NCBI GenBank assembly: GCA_965248925.1
Contig: CBDFLE010000005.1
Coordinates: 2,144,001-2,208,000, forward strand
Reading direction: 5' to 3'
From: Candidatus Multivoradales bacterium
GTDB lineage: Bacteria; Acidobacteriota; Thermoanaerobaculia; Multivoradales; J023
Length of the DNA stretch: 64,000 bases
Both the position numbers and the translations under genes were made by a program. This document shows positions 44,964-55,400 of this stretch, in pieces. Each line of letters starts with the position of its first letter. The first letter of the stretch is position 1. The notes beneath the pieces are model-generated. The model did no database searches. It saw only the letters and a list, made by a program, of their open reading frames with translations, and was not told where the DNA came from.

Positions 44964-46034
44964 TTAGTTGGAATTCGGAGTTTCGGTCCTCGCGGTGACA
45001 TCCCGCCAGGCAATCGGAACAGCCATGGCGACCACGATCTTGCGAGGACCCGAGAAAGCAGCTCGACCATGGGCGGCAAGCATGTTGTCCAGCATCAAGA
45101 TGTCGCCTTGCTGCCAGGGAAACTCGACCGTTTCAGCGGCGTAGGCCGCACGTAGTTCGTCGAGGACCGCCGGTTCGATATCTGCGCCGTCTCCGTAGTA
45201 GGTATTGTTCGGCAAGTCTTCCTGCGCAAACCCCGACAACAGAGCTTCGCGGATGCTGGCCTCGAGAGTGCTGAGGTGAAAGAACGTGATGTGGTTGAAC
45301 CAGGTAAGCTCGCCGCTGAGCGGATGCCGCGCTAGAGCCGGTCGCACCTGCGCCGTCCGCAGCCTCCCCTCTGGCAGCCATTGGTACTCAATCTGGCTGC
45401 GCTCACAATAGCCCTCCAACTGACGCCGATCAGAGGTCTGAAAGGCCTCCTGCCAGGTCAGACCGAATCTGCCGTTGAAGTTTCTTACGTAACGATAGCC
45501 GCGATCACGGAATGTCTGGACCACCGCCGGATCGAGTCTGCGTAGCACAGCTCGAGAGTCAGCGATTGGCGTCACGCCTCCCTGCGCCGGCGCGGTTACG
45601 CAATGGAAAGCAATCCTGTTCGGAAAGACCAGATTATATGACTGCTCATTGTGTAGGTAGATCCGCTGGTCTTGCGGTTGGTCGGTCGAGGTGTAGATGC
45701 GGCCTCCGACCTTGGAACGAGGGGAAGAACGCTCAGTATATTCGAGCGCTTCACCACAAGACTGGGTGATGAAGTCCTGGAACTCCGCGACCGACCGGAC
45801 ATTGAAGCCACGGAACAGGATGCCGGCATAGCGAGTCAGCTTGGATTGCAGATCGGTTCGATGTTCGGCCGCCCATTCGATCAAGCTGAGATCGGCCACC
45901 GCGGGCTCGATAACCAACGGCAGGCCAGAGGAATTACCAAGGAACCGCTCTTTGACGAGTTCGCCCTCAGTCAAAGTTACGGTCTTCCTCGCTCTTCGCG
46001 AAATAGAACCTGCCATTACTGAACTACGTTTCAT
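44964..46034 (-). CDS. Second SyrP-like TauD/TfdA dioxygenase
   Basis: GILFRGF, RSSPRS, YTSTD, LHNE, WFNH, DNMLAAHGR. Confidence 0.92.
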   Translation of the reverse strand: MKRSSVMAGSISRRARKTVTLTEGELVKERFLGNSSGLPLVIEPAVADLSLIEWAAEHRTDLQSKLTRYAGILFRGFNVRSVAEFQDFITQSCGEALEYTERSSPRSKVGGRIYTSTDQPQDQRIYLHNEQSYNLVFPNRIAFHCVTAPAQGGVTPIADSRAVLRRLDPAVVQTFRDRGYRYVRNFNGRFGLTWQEAFQTSDRRQLEGYCERSQIEYQWLPEGRLRTAQVRPALARHPLSGELTWFNHITFFHLSTLEASIREALLSGFAQEDLPNNTYYGDGADIEPAVLDELRAAYAAETVEFPWQQGDILMLDNMLAAHGRAAFSGPRKIVVAMAVPIAWRDVTARTETPNSN

Positions 46035-46372
46035 GCCAACTCCTCTCCACAGTTCAAACGGTGACCAGGGCAACCCGAGAGTTTCCGGAAATCGCTGCCT
46101 CAGAGTAATAACTTGAAGAGGAAGATCACCGGGTCGAGCATATACCAAGACTCCCGGAATGAGCGTTTCTCGACTCCGCTCTGAGCACTGCCCCGGCTTT
46201 CGAGAGATCCTTCTGGAAGGTCAGATTCTTTCTGCTTCTCGGCACTTTCTCGAGCCGCGGCTAGAACAGCCTGAGCCCCTCCCCGACCTACTCCGCCTGA
46301 TACACTGAAAACGAAGCGTACTCGCCACAGATTGACCCTTTAGCCAACGACGATTGCCACTGTGGAATCATC

Positions 46373-48817
46373 GTGGAGCGAATATTCATGCTAAGAGAAT
46401 TCTCGGAAGAGCTGCTCGGAACCCTCAAGACCCTGGTCCGATCGCGGCCCCCAGAGATGCTGGCCGCGGTTCTCACCATGGCCCTGGGCTGCTGTGGGGT
46501 GATCACCGCCTTCACCGTCGTCAACGGCGTCTTGCTGCGCCCGCTCCCCTACCCGGAGCCGCAGCAGCTAGTCGCCGTCTGGAATGAGTTCTCCCAGCTC
46601 GGTCTACCCCGCTTGGAACTCTCTGAGCCCGAGTTGATCGACTTCCGGGAGCAAGCCAGCTTCCTGCAAGACATCGCGGCAACCTACGTAGTCGACGCAA
46701 ACGTTACTGGTGGCGGCGGGCCCGAACGTCTTCGCGCGTCGCTGACCTCGGCCAGTCTCTTCCGACTGAGTGGCTTGGAACCTGTGCAAGGCAGATCGTT
46801 TGCCGCCGATGAGGATCAGCGCGGAGGCCCTCGAGTGGCGGTGATCAGCTACCGGTTATGGCAACGGCGCTACGGCGGTTCAGCGGGCGCCATTGGCGAG
46901 GTGTTGTCGCTGAATAGCATCCCGCACGAGATCATCGGAGTGATGCCAGGCGAGTTCCAGTTGCCGGCCGGAGTCGACCTGTGGCTTCCCCTGCGTCTGG
47001 ATACGGAACAGCCGGCAAGACGTTCTGAGCACCTGTACGAGGTGTTCGCTCGGCTCGCGCCGGGGGTCAACTTCGACCAAGCCAATTCCCAGATGCGGGT
47101 GATCGGCGAACGGCTGCAGAGTGAATATCCCAACTACTACCCGGCCGATAGCGGCTGGGGCAGCTACCTGGTGCCGCTGCTCGACGAAGTCACCGGAGAC
47201 AGCCGCCCAGCGCTGTTGGTGCTGCTCGCCGCTGGCACTTTGGTTTTGTTGATCGCTTGCGCCAACATGGCCAATCTGTTCCTCGCTCGAGCCGTCGCGC
47301 GCACCCGTGATACAGCGATCCAGGTCGCCCTGGGCTGTGGTGCCAGGCGGATTGCGATGCGTGGAATCAGTGAGAGCATCGTCGTCAGCTTGGCGGGCGC
47401 AGGGCTCGGATTGCTGATTGCTAGCCTCCTATTGGACGCTTTCCTCAAGCTCTTCCACTCAGTCATCCCGCGAGCGGATATGGTCCAGCTCGATAGACGC
47501 AGTCTGATTTTCACTCTCTTGCTGCCGCTAGCCACTGGCCTACTGCTCGGCGTTCTGACGGGCTTGCAGGGAGTCAAACGCAACTTGGTGACCTACCTCA
47601 AGGAGGGCGGCGAGAAGTCCATGGGCGGAGTGGCCAAAGGCCGACTGCGGAAACTGGTGATCGTGATCGAGACCGCCCTCGGCTTGATCTTGGTCTCCGC
47701 CGCCGTGCTGCTGGCCCGCGGTTACCTCAATCTCCAGCGCGTCGATCCTGGATTCTCTGCTCCGCAGGTGCTGACCCTACAGCTCAATCTACCGACCCGA
47801 GACTACCGCGAGGACACTCAGCTCAACGAGTTCTACCGTCGCTTGCTCGAACAGGTCAATGCCCTGCCGACGGTCGACCGAGCCGGCCTGATCGACTACT
47901 TGCCGTTGGGTGGTATCGAGTCCTCCGGGTCATATTACGTGCCGGAGAGAACCACCGCCGAAGGTGAGATTGCCCCCGAGGCCGACATCCGAGTGATCAG
48001 CTCTGGCTACCTGGAGTCCATGGGCCTCGAGCTGATCCAAGGTCGCGACTTCGCAGCGTCCGACGACACTACCGCTGGACCGGTGGCAATCATCGACCAG
48101 AACCTGGCGCGAAAAGTATGGCCTGATCAGGATCCACTCGGCCGACAAATCAATCGACAAGGACTCGACGCTGCGTACGCGACGGTGATTGGGGTGGTCA
48201 AGTCGGTGCGCAACTCGGGCCTCGACGTGACTTCCCGCGAGCAGCTCTATCTGCCCTTCGAGCAGCAGCCCTCGCGCTCGGTCTTCTTGGCTGTCCGCAG
48301 CCACATAGAGCCCGGCACCATCGTTGAGTCGATTCGACGGCAGGTCATGGCGCTCGACCCTAACCTACCGATATTCGATATCCAGACCATGTCGAATCGA
48401 GTCGACAGCTGGATGCTGACCCGGCGTTTCTCGACTCTTCTACTGGGACTTCTGGCGCTGCTGGCAGTACTGCTGGCAGCAGCCGGCGTCTACAGCCTGC
48501 TGAGCTACATGGTGGCGCGTCGCCAACGGGAGATAGGTCTGCGTTTGGCGCTTGGCGGATTGCGTCGGGACATCTTTCGCTTGATTCTCGGCGAGGCCGG
48601 CAAGCTCGCTCTGCTGGGCATCGCCTGCGGCGTCGTCGGCACCCTGCTGCTGAGCGGCTTCCTGACTTCGCTGATCTACGGTCTCAGCGCCACCGATCCG
48701 CTGACCCTGGTGATCAGCTCGGTGCTGCTGATCTTGGTAGCGCTGGGTGCCAGCTTCTTGCCAGCCTGGCGGGCGACGCGTATCGACCCGATGGTGTCGA
48801 TACGCGAGGCCGATTGA
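46373..48817 (+). CDS. ADOP-family duplicated orphan permease inside the NRPS cluster
   Basis: VLLRPLPYPEP, LLIACANMANL, RQREIGLRLALG, PAWRATRIDP. Confidence 0.92.
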   Translation: MERIFMLREFSEELLGTLKTLVRSRPPEMLAAVLTMALGCCGVITAFTVVNGVLLRPLPYPEPQQLVAVWNEFSQLGLPRLELSEPELIDFREQASFLQDIAATYVVDANVTGGGGPERLRASLTSASLFRLSGLEPVQGRSFAADEDQRGGPRVAVISYRLWQRRYGGSAGAIGEVLSLNSIPHEIIGVMPGEFQLPAGVDLWLPLRLDTEQPARRSEHLYEVFARLAPGVNFDQANSQMRVIGERLQSEYPNYYPADSGWGSYLVPLLDEVTGDSRPALLVLLAAGTLVLLIACANMANLFLARAVARTRDTAIQVALGCGARRIAMRGISESIVVSLAGAGLGLLIASLLLDAFLKLFHSVIPRADMVQLDRRSLIFTLLLPLATGLLLGVLTGLQGVKRNLVTYLKEGGEKSMGGVAKGRLRKLVIVIETALGLILVSAAVLLARGYLNLQRVDPGFSAPQVLTLQLNLPTRDYREDTQLNEFYRRLLEQVNALPTVDRAGLIDYLPLGGIESSGSYYVPERTTAEGEIAPEADIRVISSGYLESMGLELIQGRDFAASDDTTAGPVAIIDQNLARKVWPDQDPLGRQINRQGLDAAYATVIGVVKSVRNSGLDVTSREQLYLPFEQQPSRSVFLAVRSHIEPGTIVESIRRQVMALDPNLPIFDIQTMSNRVDSWMLTRRFSTLLLGLLALLAVLLAAAGVYSLLSYMVARRQREIGLRLALGGLRRDIFRLILGEAGKLALLGIACGVVGTLLLSGFLTSLIYGLSATDPLTLVISSVLLILVALGASFLPAWRATRIDPMVSIREAD

Positions 48818-48827
48818 ACGCTGCTGA

Positions 48828-49442
48828 TCAGGCTTCGATCTGCTCGAGGACCCGGCGTAGTTCTGCTTCCTCACCGATCAGCTGACGCTCGGCCGCAGCG
48901 CGAATGGCGGCGATTTGCTCCGCCGCCCAATCGTGGGTCATCAACTCGGTGAAGTAGATCCGTTTGACCCAGGGTCTCTGCAACTGCTGAATCTCTTCAA
49001 GCACTCCCTCGAGGCCGTGCAGGTCGAGCAGTCGCTCAACCCGCCGCTCGACTCCCAAGCCAGTGCGGCGAATCACCAGCGGCAAATGCTCAGTCAACCA
49101 GCGCTCAGCGGCCGCGGCGGCTAGGGGTTGGTCGTCGAGGGTCACAGCGCGTTGCGGAACTCCGCCAGCCGAGGCCCGATATTCACACCGCACCGTGCCG
49201 CCCTCGCCCGCCTGCCGAATGATCAGATAGCTGCCGGCGGCAAGATGGGCGACGTCGCCATCGTCGTCCGCAAAGATGATCTCACCCAGGGCCTCGACTT
49301 TGTAGAGCGAGCCACTGCCATGGTCTCCCCAATTGTAGATCTCAGCCACCGAACTGTCGGCGACGATCTCCCCACCTCCCGCAGCGCAGAGAGAGGCCAA
49401 GCCAAACATCGCGATCAATACTGAAGTCCATTTCATTTCCAA
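48828..49442 (-). CDS. Secreted hypothetical protein coupled to the NRPS
   Basis: Signal peptide; start overlaps the NRPS stop; GEI.F.DD..DV..L..GSYL and WL...LP.VIRRTGLG.E.RV pattern. Confidence 0.75.
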   Translation of the reverse strand: MEMKWTSVLIAMFGLASLCAAGGGEIVADSSVAEIYNWGDHGSGSLYKVEALGEIIFADDDGDVAHLAAGSYLIIRQAGEGGTVRCEYRASAGGVPQRAVTLDDQPLAAAAAERWLTEHLPLVIRRTGLGVERRVERLLDLHGLEGVLEEIQQLQRPWVKRIYFTELMTHDWAAEQIAAIRAAAERQLIGEEAELRRVLEQIEA

Positions 49443-52400
49443 TCCTCCGAAGTTGATGAGGTCAGCGGGTCGAAGCTGAGCAACTGCCGTAGTTTCAGAG
49501 CCAAGTCTGCCAATTGTGGTGGTCGCAGCATCGAGTGGTGGGTTCCTGCCACATCCCGCACTGTCAACCTAGCGGCCAAAGACCGCCAATTTGCTGCCGG
49601 ATCTGCCATTCGGCCTGGCCGATCGCTGGCCCTGAACAGGTTCACGGTACCAGAGTAGGGACCCGGTCTATAGCTTTCGAGAGCTTTGATGTTGCGCCGG
49701 AAGATAGAGAATAGGCGACCGCCGAGACGGGGGCCAATCTCTGCCGGTATCTGACCCGAGGCGACCAGACGGACGATCAACTCGGCAACTTTGACCTCAG
49801 TGATCGAACCGGTCGGCAGATCCAGGCCGTCGACATCGAGACTCTCACCAGCCAACCCCAACAGGTCGCTGACAAACAACCGCAACAAGGTAGCGTCGTC
49901 CACCAGCGGCCGGGAATCGGCAGAGGTCTCCACAAAGCTGTCCAGCAGAGCGAGGAACTCCACTTGCCGCCCTTGCTGTTGCAGCTGGCGAGCCATCTCG
50001 AAGGCCACCACTCCACCCATCGACCAACCTGCCAGTCGGTACGGGCCGCCAGGTTGCACTGTCTCGAGAGATGCCAGATAGGACGCCGCCATGGCTGACA
50101 CGCTGCTCGGCTGCGCTGCCACCACGCCTTCTACCACTCGCAAGCCGTAGCTCGGCTGCCCAGGGAGCGCCGCGGCCAGGTCGAGATAGCAAAACACGGT
50201 ACCGCCGATCGGGTGCACCCAGAAGATGGGCGGCCCGGTGCCGTCGCGATGCAAGCGCACCAATGGCGAACCACTGACCGGCTGCTCGGGCGCGGTCACC
50301 AACGTCGCTAGCAGAGCGACCGTGGGATGTTCGAACAGGGCCGCCAGTGGCACTTCCACGCCAAGCTCCCGGTCGATCATCGCCAACAGGCGCACCGCGA
50401 GCAATGAATGGCCACCGAGTTCGAAGAAGCTTTGCTCGACACCGACCGTCGGGATCTGCAACAGCTCTTCAAAGAGACCGACCAAACAGCGCTCGAGGGC
50501 GCTCCGTGGAGCGCCGTAAGTCGCGCTAGAGACCAGCTCCGGCTCGGGCAGCGCGGCACGGTCGAGCTTGCCGTTGGGGGTCAGTGGCAACTCTTCCAGC
50601 TGGGTCAATGCGGCAGGGACCATGAAATCCGGCAACCGAGCTGCCAGCCGATCCCGCAACTCGGCGATGGCCAGCCGCGAAGGGTCGGCGGATTGATCCG
50701 CGGCCGCTACCACGTAAGCGTAGATCCGTCGGCCGAGCACCTCGTGGTCGCGCACCACGGCGACCGCCTGCGAGACCTGCTCCGCCGCTTCCAACAGCGC
50801 CTCGATCTCCCCCAGCTCGATGCGGAAGCCACGGATCTTGACCTGATGATCGATCCGGCCAAGGAAGTCGAGCTCACCCTCCGCCCGGTAACGCACCAAG
50901 TCGCCAGTGCGATACATCCGCTCACCGGCTTGCCCGCCCTGGGGTACCGGCACAAAGCTCGCGGCGGTCAACGCCGGCCGGTGGAGATACCCCCTGGCCA
51001 GGCCCAGACCTTCGATACACAGCTCACCCGGCACTCCGACCGGCTGTCGTTCGAGCTGGCGATCGAGCACGCTCAGGTGGTAGTTGGCCAGCGGTCGGCC
51101 GATCGGGGGTAGACGGCCGGGCTCGAAGCGCACCTTCGCCCAGCTGGCGTTGATCGTCGCCTCGGTCGGACCGTAGAGGTTGAACAGCTGCCAGCCTCCT
51201 GGAATCGGCCCCGGCAAGCGCAGACGATCGCCACCAGCGAGCAGCATTCGTAGGCTTCCGGAATCAGGCCACGGATCATCGAGCAACACCTCCATGATCG
51301 CGGTCGGCAGATCTGCCACGGTGATGCGCTCGGCCAGCAACCACCGCTGCAAGTCAGCTGGCGACAGGCGCAGGGCTTCCGGAACGATGTGCAGACAGGC
51401 GCCATGGCACAGACTGCCCCAGATCTCTCCCGCCGCCACGTCGAAGGCCACCCCGGCAGCTTGCGCGATGTGCTCTCCCGGGGCAAAGCCGAGGTCTTCG
51501 CCGCACCATCCCACCAGGTTGGCGAGGCTGCGCAGAGTGACGCCTACTCCCTTGGGCACGCCGGTCGAGCCCGAGGTGTAGATCACATAGGCCAGATTCT
51601 CCGGCTCCCGACCGGCGATCGGCAAGCGATCACCGTCGCCACCGCCAGCGCCGGCGTCGGCGAGCGGCCAGGTGAGGACCGAGGCCGGCAAGCGCTCCGC
51701 CAAGTCCGGCGATGCCAGGACGATGCGGACCGGGCTATCCGCGAGGATGAAAGCCACTCGCTGGTCCGGAGTCGACGGATCGATCGGCAGATAGGCACCG
51801 CCGGCATAGAGCACCGCCAGCGCGCCCACCACCATCTCTCGCGACCGTTCGACGTAGAGCCCCACGACCTGTTCGAGATCGACCCCGGCGGTCTGCAGCC
51901 GGGTGGCCAAGGCGATGGCCCGGCGATGCAGCTCGGCATAGCTCAGCTGCCCCTGCTGATCCACTACCGCCACCGCGGCGGGGGTGCGCTCGGCCCAAGC
52001 CGCCACCCGTTGCTGGAGCGGTATCTCATCTTCGACCCGAACGACCGCGCTGCCATTCCACTCCTGCGCCAGCTGGTGCCTCTCCGCGGCGGCGAGCAAG
52101 GGCAGGCTGCCCGTAGCATTGTCCGGCTGCTCGGCGATGCACTCCGCCAACCGCTCAAAGTGGCTCAGGAAGCGGGCCGCGGTGGTCGGGTCAAACAGGC
52201 CGCGGTCATATTCGAGATCGCAGATCAGCTCCGGACCACGCTCCTCGACCTGTAAGGTCCAGTCGAATTTCGCCAGCCCATTGCTCAGCGGCACCGGCTG
52301 GGAGCTGAGCACAGCGTTAGAGCCGGCTTCTCCATCACCGACCGGGGGCTCGCCCGAGCCCCCCTCGGCAACATAGGTAAACATTGCCTGGAACAAAGGA

Positions 52401-55400
52401 GTCCGCCCCAGGGCACGCTCGGGTTGGAGTTCCTGAACCAGCATCTCGAAGGGCAGGTCCTGATGGTCGTGGGCCTCGAGAACCTGGTCGCGGACGCGCC
52501 CGAGGAGAGTCGCAAACGACTCCGAGGAACGCCACCGAGCACGCAGCACCAAGGTGTTGACAAAGAAGCCGATCAGTTCCTCGATCTCGCGCCGATGGCG
52601 ACCCGCGATCAGCGAGCCAACGCTGACATCCAGGCGCCCGCCATAGCGGCCGAGAAGGAGTTGAAAGGTGGCCAGGAGAACGATGAAGGGGGTTGAGCGA
52701 TAGCGCCGCGAGAGCTGGTGAATAGCACTCGACAGCGCCGCCGGCAGAACCCGGCGACGAGCGGCGGCCAACGACTGGTGCAAGCCCTGCCGGGGCCGGT
52801 CCACCGGCAGCTGCAGCTGCCTCGGCGCCCCGGCGAGGCGCTCTCGCCAATAGGCCAGCTCCGCCTCGAGCCGGCTGCCGGTAAGCCAATCGCGCTGCCA
52901 GGCGGCATAGTCCACGTATTGCACAGGCAGGGCTGGCAACCCCCGCGGCGAGCCATCCACGGCCTGCTGATAGAGCACCTCAAGCTCGCGCCGCAGAAGA
53001 TCCACTGACCAACCGTCGGAGACGATGTGATGCATGTTGACCAGCAGCTGATGACTCTCCGGTTCGAGGCGCAGAAGCAGCGCCCGGAAAACCGGCCCCG
53101 ACCCCAGGTCGAAAGGCAGCGCGGCCTCGAACCGAACCCGCCACTGCCCCTCCTGCTGGCGCTGCTCCGCTGCCAACCCACTGAGGTCGACCAGCGGCAA
53201 GACCGCGGCAGGATCTTCGGCAAGGCGTAGCTCGGGCTCACCGTCGATCTCCGGGAAGCGACTGCGCAGAACGTCATGGCGGCGCTGAACCTCGCGGTAG
53301 GCGAATGTCAGCCCGGCGACCGAGACCGGCCCCTCGAGCCGCACCGCAAAAGGCATGTTGTACGCCGCACTGCCGGGCTGGAGACGGTCCAGGAACCACA
53401 GTCGGCGTTGCGCGAAGGACAGCTCGGGAGTGCCGCCCAACCGCTCGATCGGGGCCAGGGAGGCAGCGTCCGCGGTTTGCGCGGCGAGCACCTCAGCGCT
53501 CAACCCGGCCAAGACCGGCTGCTCGAAAACCGCCCGGATCGGCAGCTCGACAGCAAAGCTCTGGCGGATCCGGACCACCAGCTGAGTGGCCAGCAGAGAG
53601 TGACCGCCGAGGGCGAAGAAATCGGCATCGCGACCGATCTCGTCGATGCCGAGCAGGCCTGACCAGAACTCCGCCATACGCATTTCTGGCAAGCTCCGGG
53701 GAGCACTGTAGCGCCCCACCTGCTGCTCCGGCTCGGGCAGCGCGGCACGGTCGAGCTTGCCGTTGGGGGTCAGTGGCAACTCTTCCAGCTGGGTCAATGC
53801 GGCAGGGACCATGAAATCCGGCAACCGAGCTGCCAGCCGATCTCGCAACTCGGCGATGGCCAGCCGCGAAGGGTCGGCGGATTGATCCGCGGCCGCTACC
53901 ACGTAAGCGTAGATCCGTCGGCCGAGCACCTCGTGGTCGCGCACCACGGCGACCGCCTGCGAGACCTGCTCCGCCGCTTCCAACAGCGCCTCGATCTCCC
54001 CCAGCTCGATGCGGAAGCCACGGATCTTGACCTGATGATCGATCCGGCCAAGGAAGTCGAGCTCACCCTCCGCCCGGTAACGCACCAAGTCGCCAGTGCG
54101 ATACATCCGCTCACCGGCTTGCCCGCCCTGGGGTACCGGCACAAAGCTCGCGGCGGTCAACGCCGGCCGGTGGAGATACCCCCTGGCCAGGCCCAGACCT
54201 TCGATACACAGCTCACCCGGCACTCCGACCGGCTGTCGTTCGAGCTGGCGATCGAGCACGCTCAGGTGGTAGTTGGCCAGCGGTCGGCCGATCGGGGGTA
54301 GACGGCCGGGCTCGAAGCGCACCTTCGCCCAGCTGGCGTTGATCGTCGCCTCGGTCGGACCGTAGAGGTTGAACAGCTGCCAGCCTCCTGGAATCGGCCC
54401 CGGCAAGCGCAGACGATCGCCACCAGCGAGCAGCATTCGTAGGCTTCCGGAATCAGGCCACGGATCATCGAGCAACACCTCCATGATCGCGGTCGGCAGA
54501 TCTGCCACGGTGATGCGCTCGGCCAGCAACCACCGCTGCAAGTCAGCTGGCGACAGGCGCAGGGCTTCCGGAACGATGTGCAGACAGGCGCCATGGCACA
54601 GACTGCCCCAGATCTCTCCCGCCGCCACGTCGAAGGCCACCCCGGCAGCTTGCGCGATGTGCTCTCCCGGGGCAAAGCCGAGGTCTTCGCCGCACCATCC
54701 CACCAGGTTGGCGAGGCTGCGCAGAGTGACGCCTACTCCCTTGGGCACGCCGGTCGAGCCCGAGGTGTAGATCACATAGGCCAGATTCTCCGGCTCCCGA
54801 CCGGCGATCGGCAAGCGATCACCGTCGCCACCGCCAGCGCCGGCGTCGGCGAGCGGCCAGGTGAGGACCGAGGCCGGCAAGCGCTCCGCCAAGTCCGGCG
54901 ATGCCAGGACGATGCGGACCGGGCTATCCGCGAGGATGAAAGCCACTCGCTGGTCCGGAGTCGACGGATCGATCGGCAGATAGGCACCGCCGGCATAGAG
55001 CACCGCCAGCGCGCCCACCACCATCTCTCGCGACCGTTCGACGTAGAGCCCCACGACCTGTTCGAGATCGACCCCGGCGGTCTGCAGCCGGGTGGCCAAG
55101 GCGATGGCCCGGCGATGCAGCTCGGCATAGCTCAGCTGCCCCTGCTGATCCACTACCGCCACCGCGGCGGGGGTGCGCTCGGCCCAAGCCGCCACCCGTT
55201 GCTGGAGCGGTATCTCATCTTCGACCCGAACGACCGCGCTGCCATTCCACTCCTGCGCCAGCTGGTGCCTCTCCGCGGCGGCGAGCAAGGGCAGGCTGCC
55301 CGTAGCATTGTCCGGCTGCTCGGCGATGCACTCCGCCAACCGCTCAAAGTGGCTCAGGAAGCGGGCCGCGGTGGTCGGGTCAAACAGGCCGCGGTCATAT

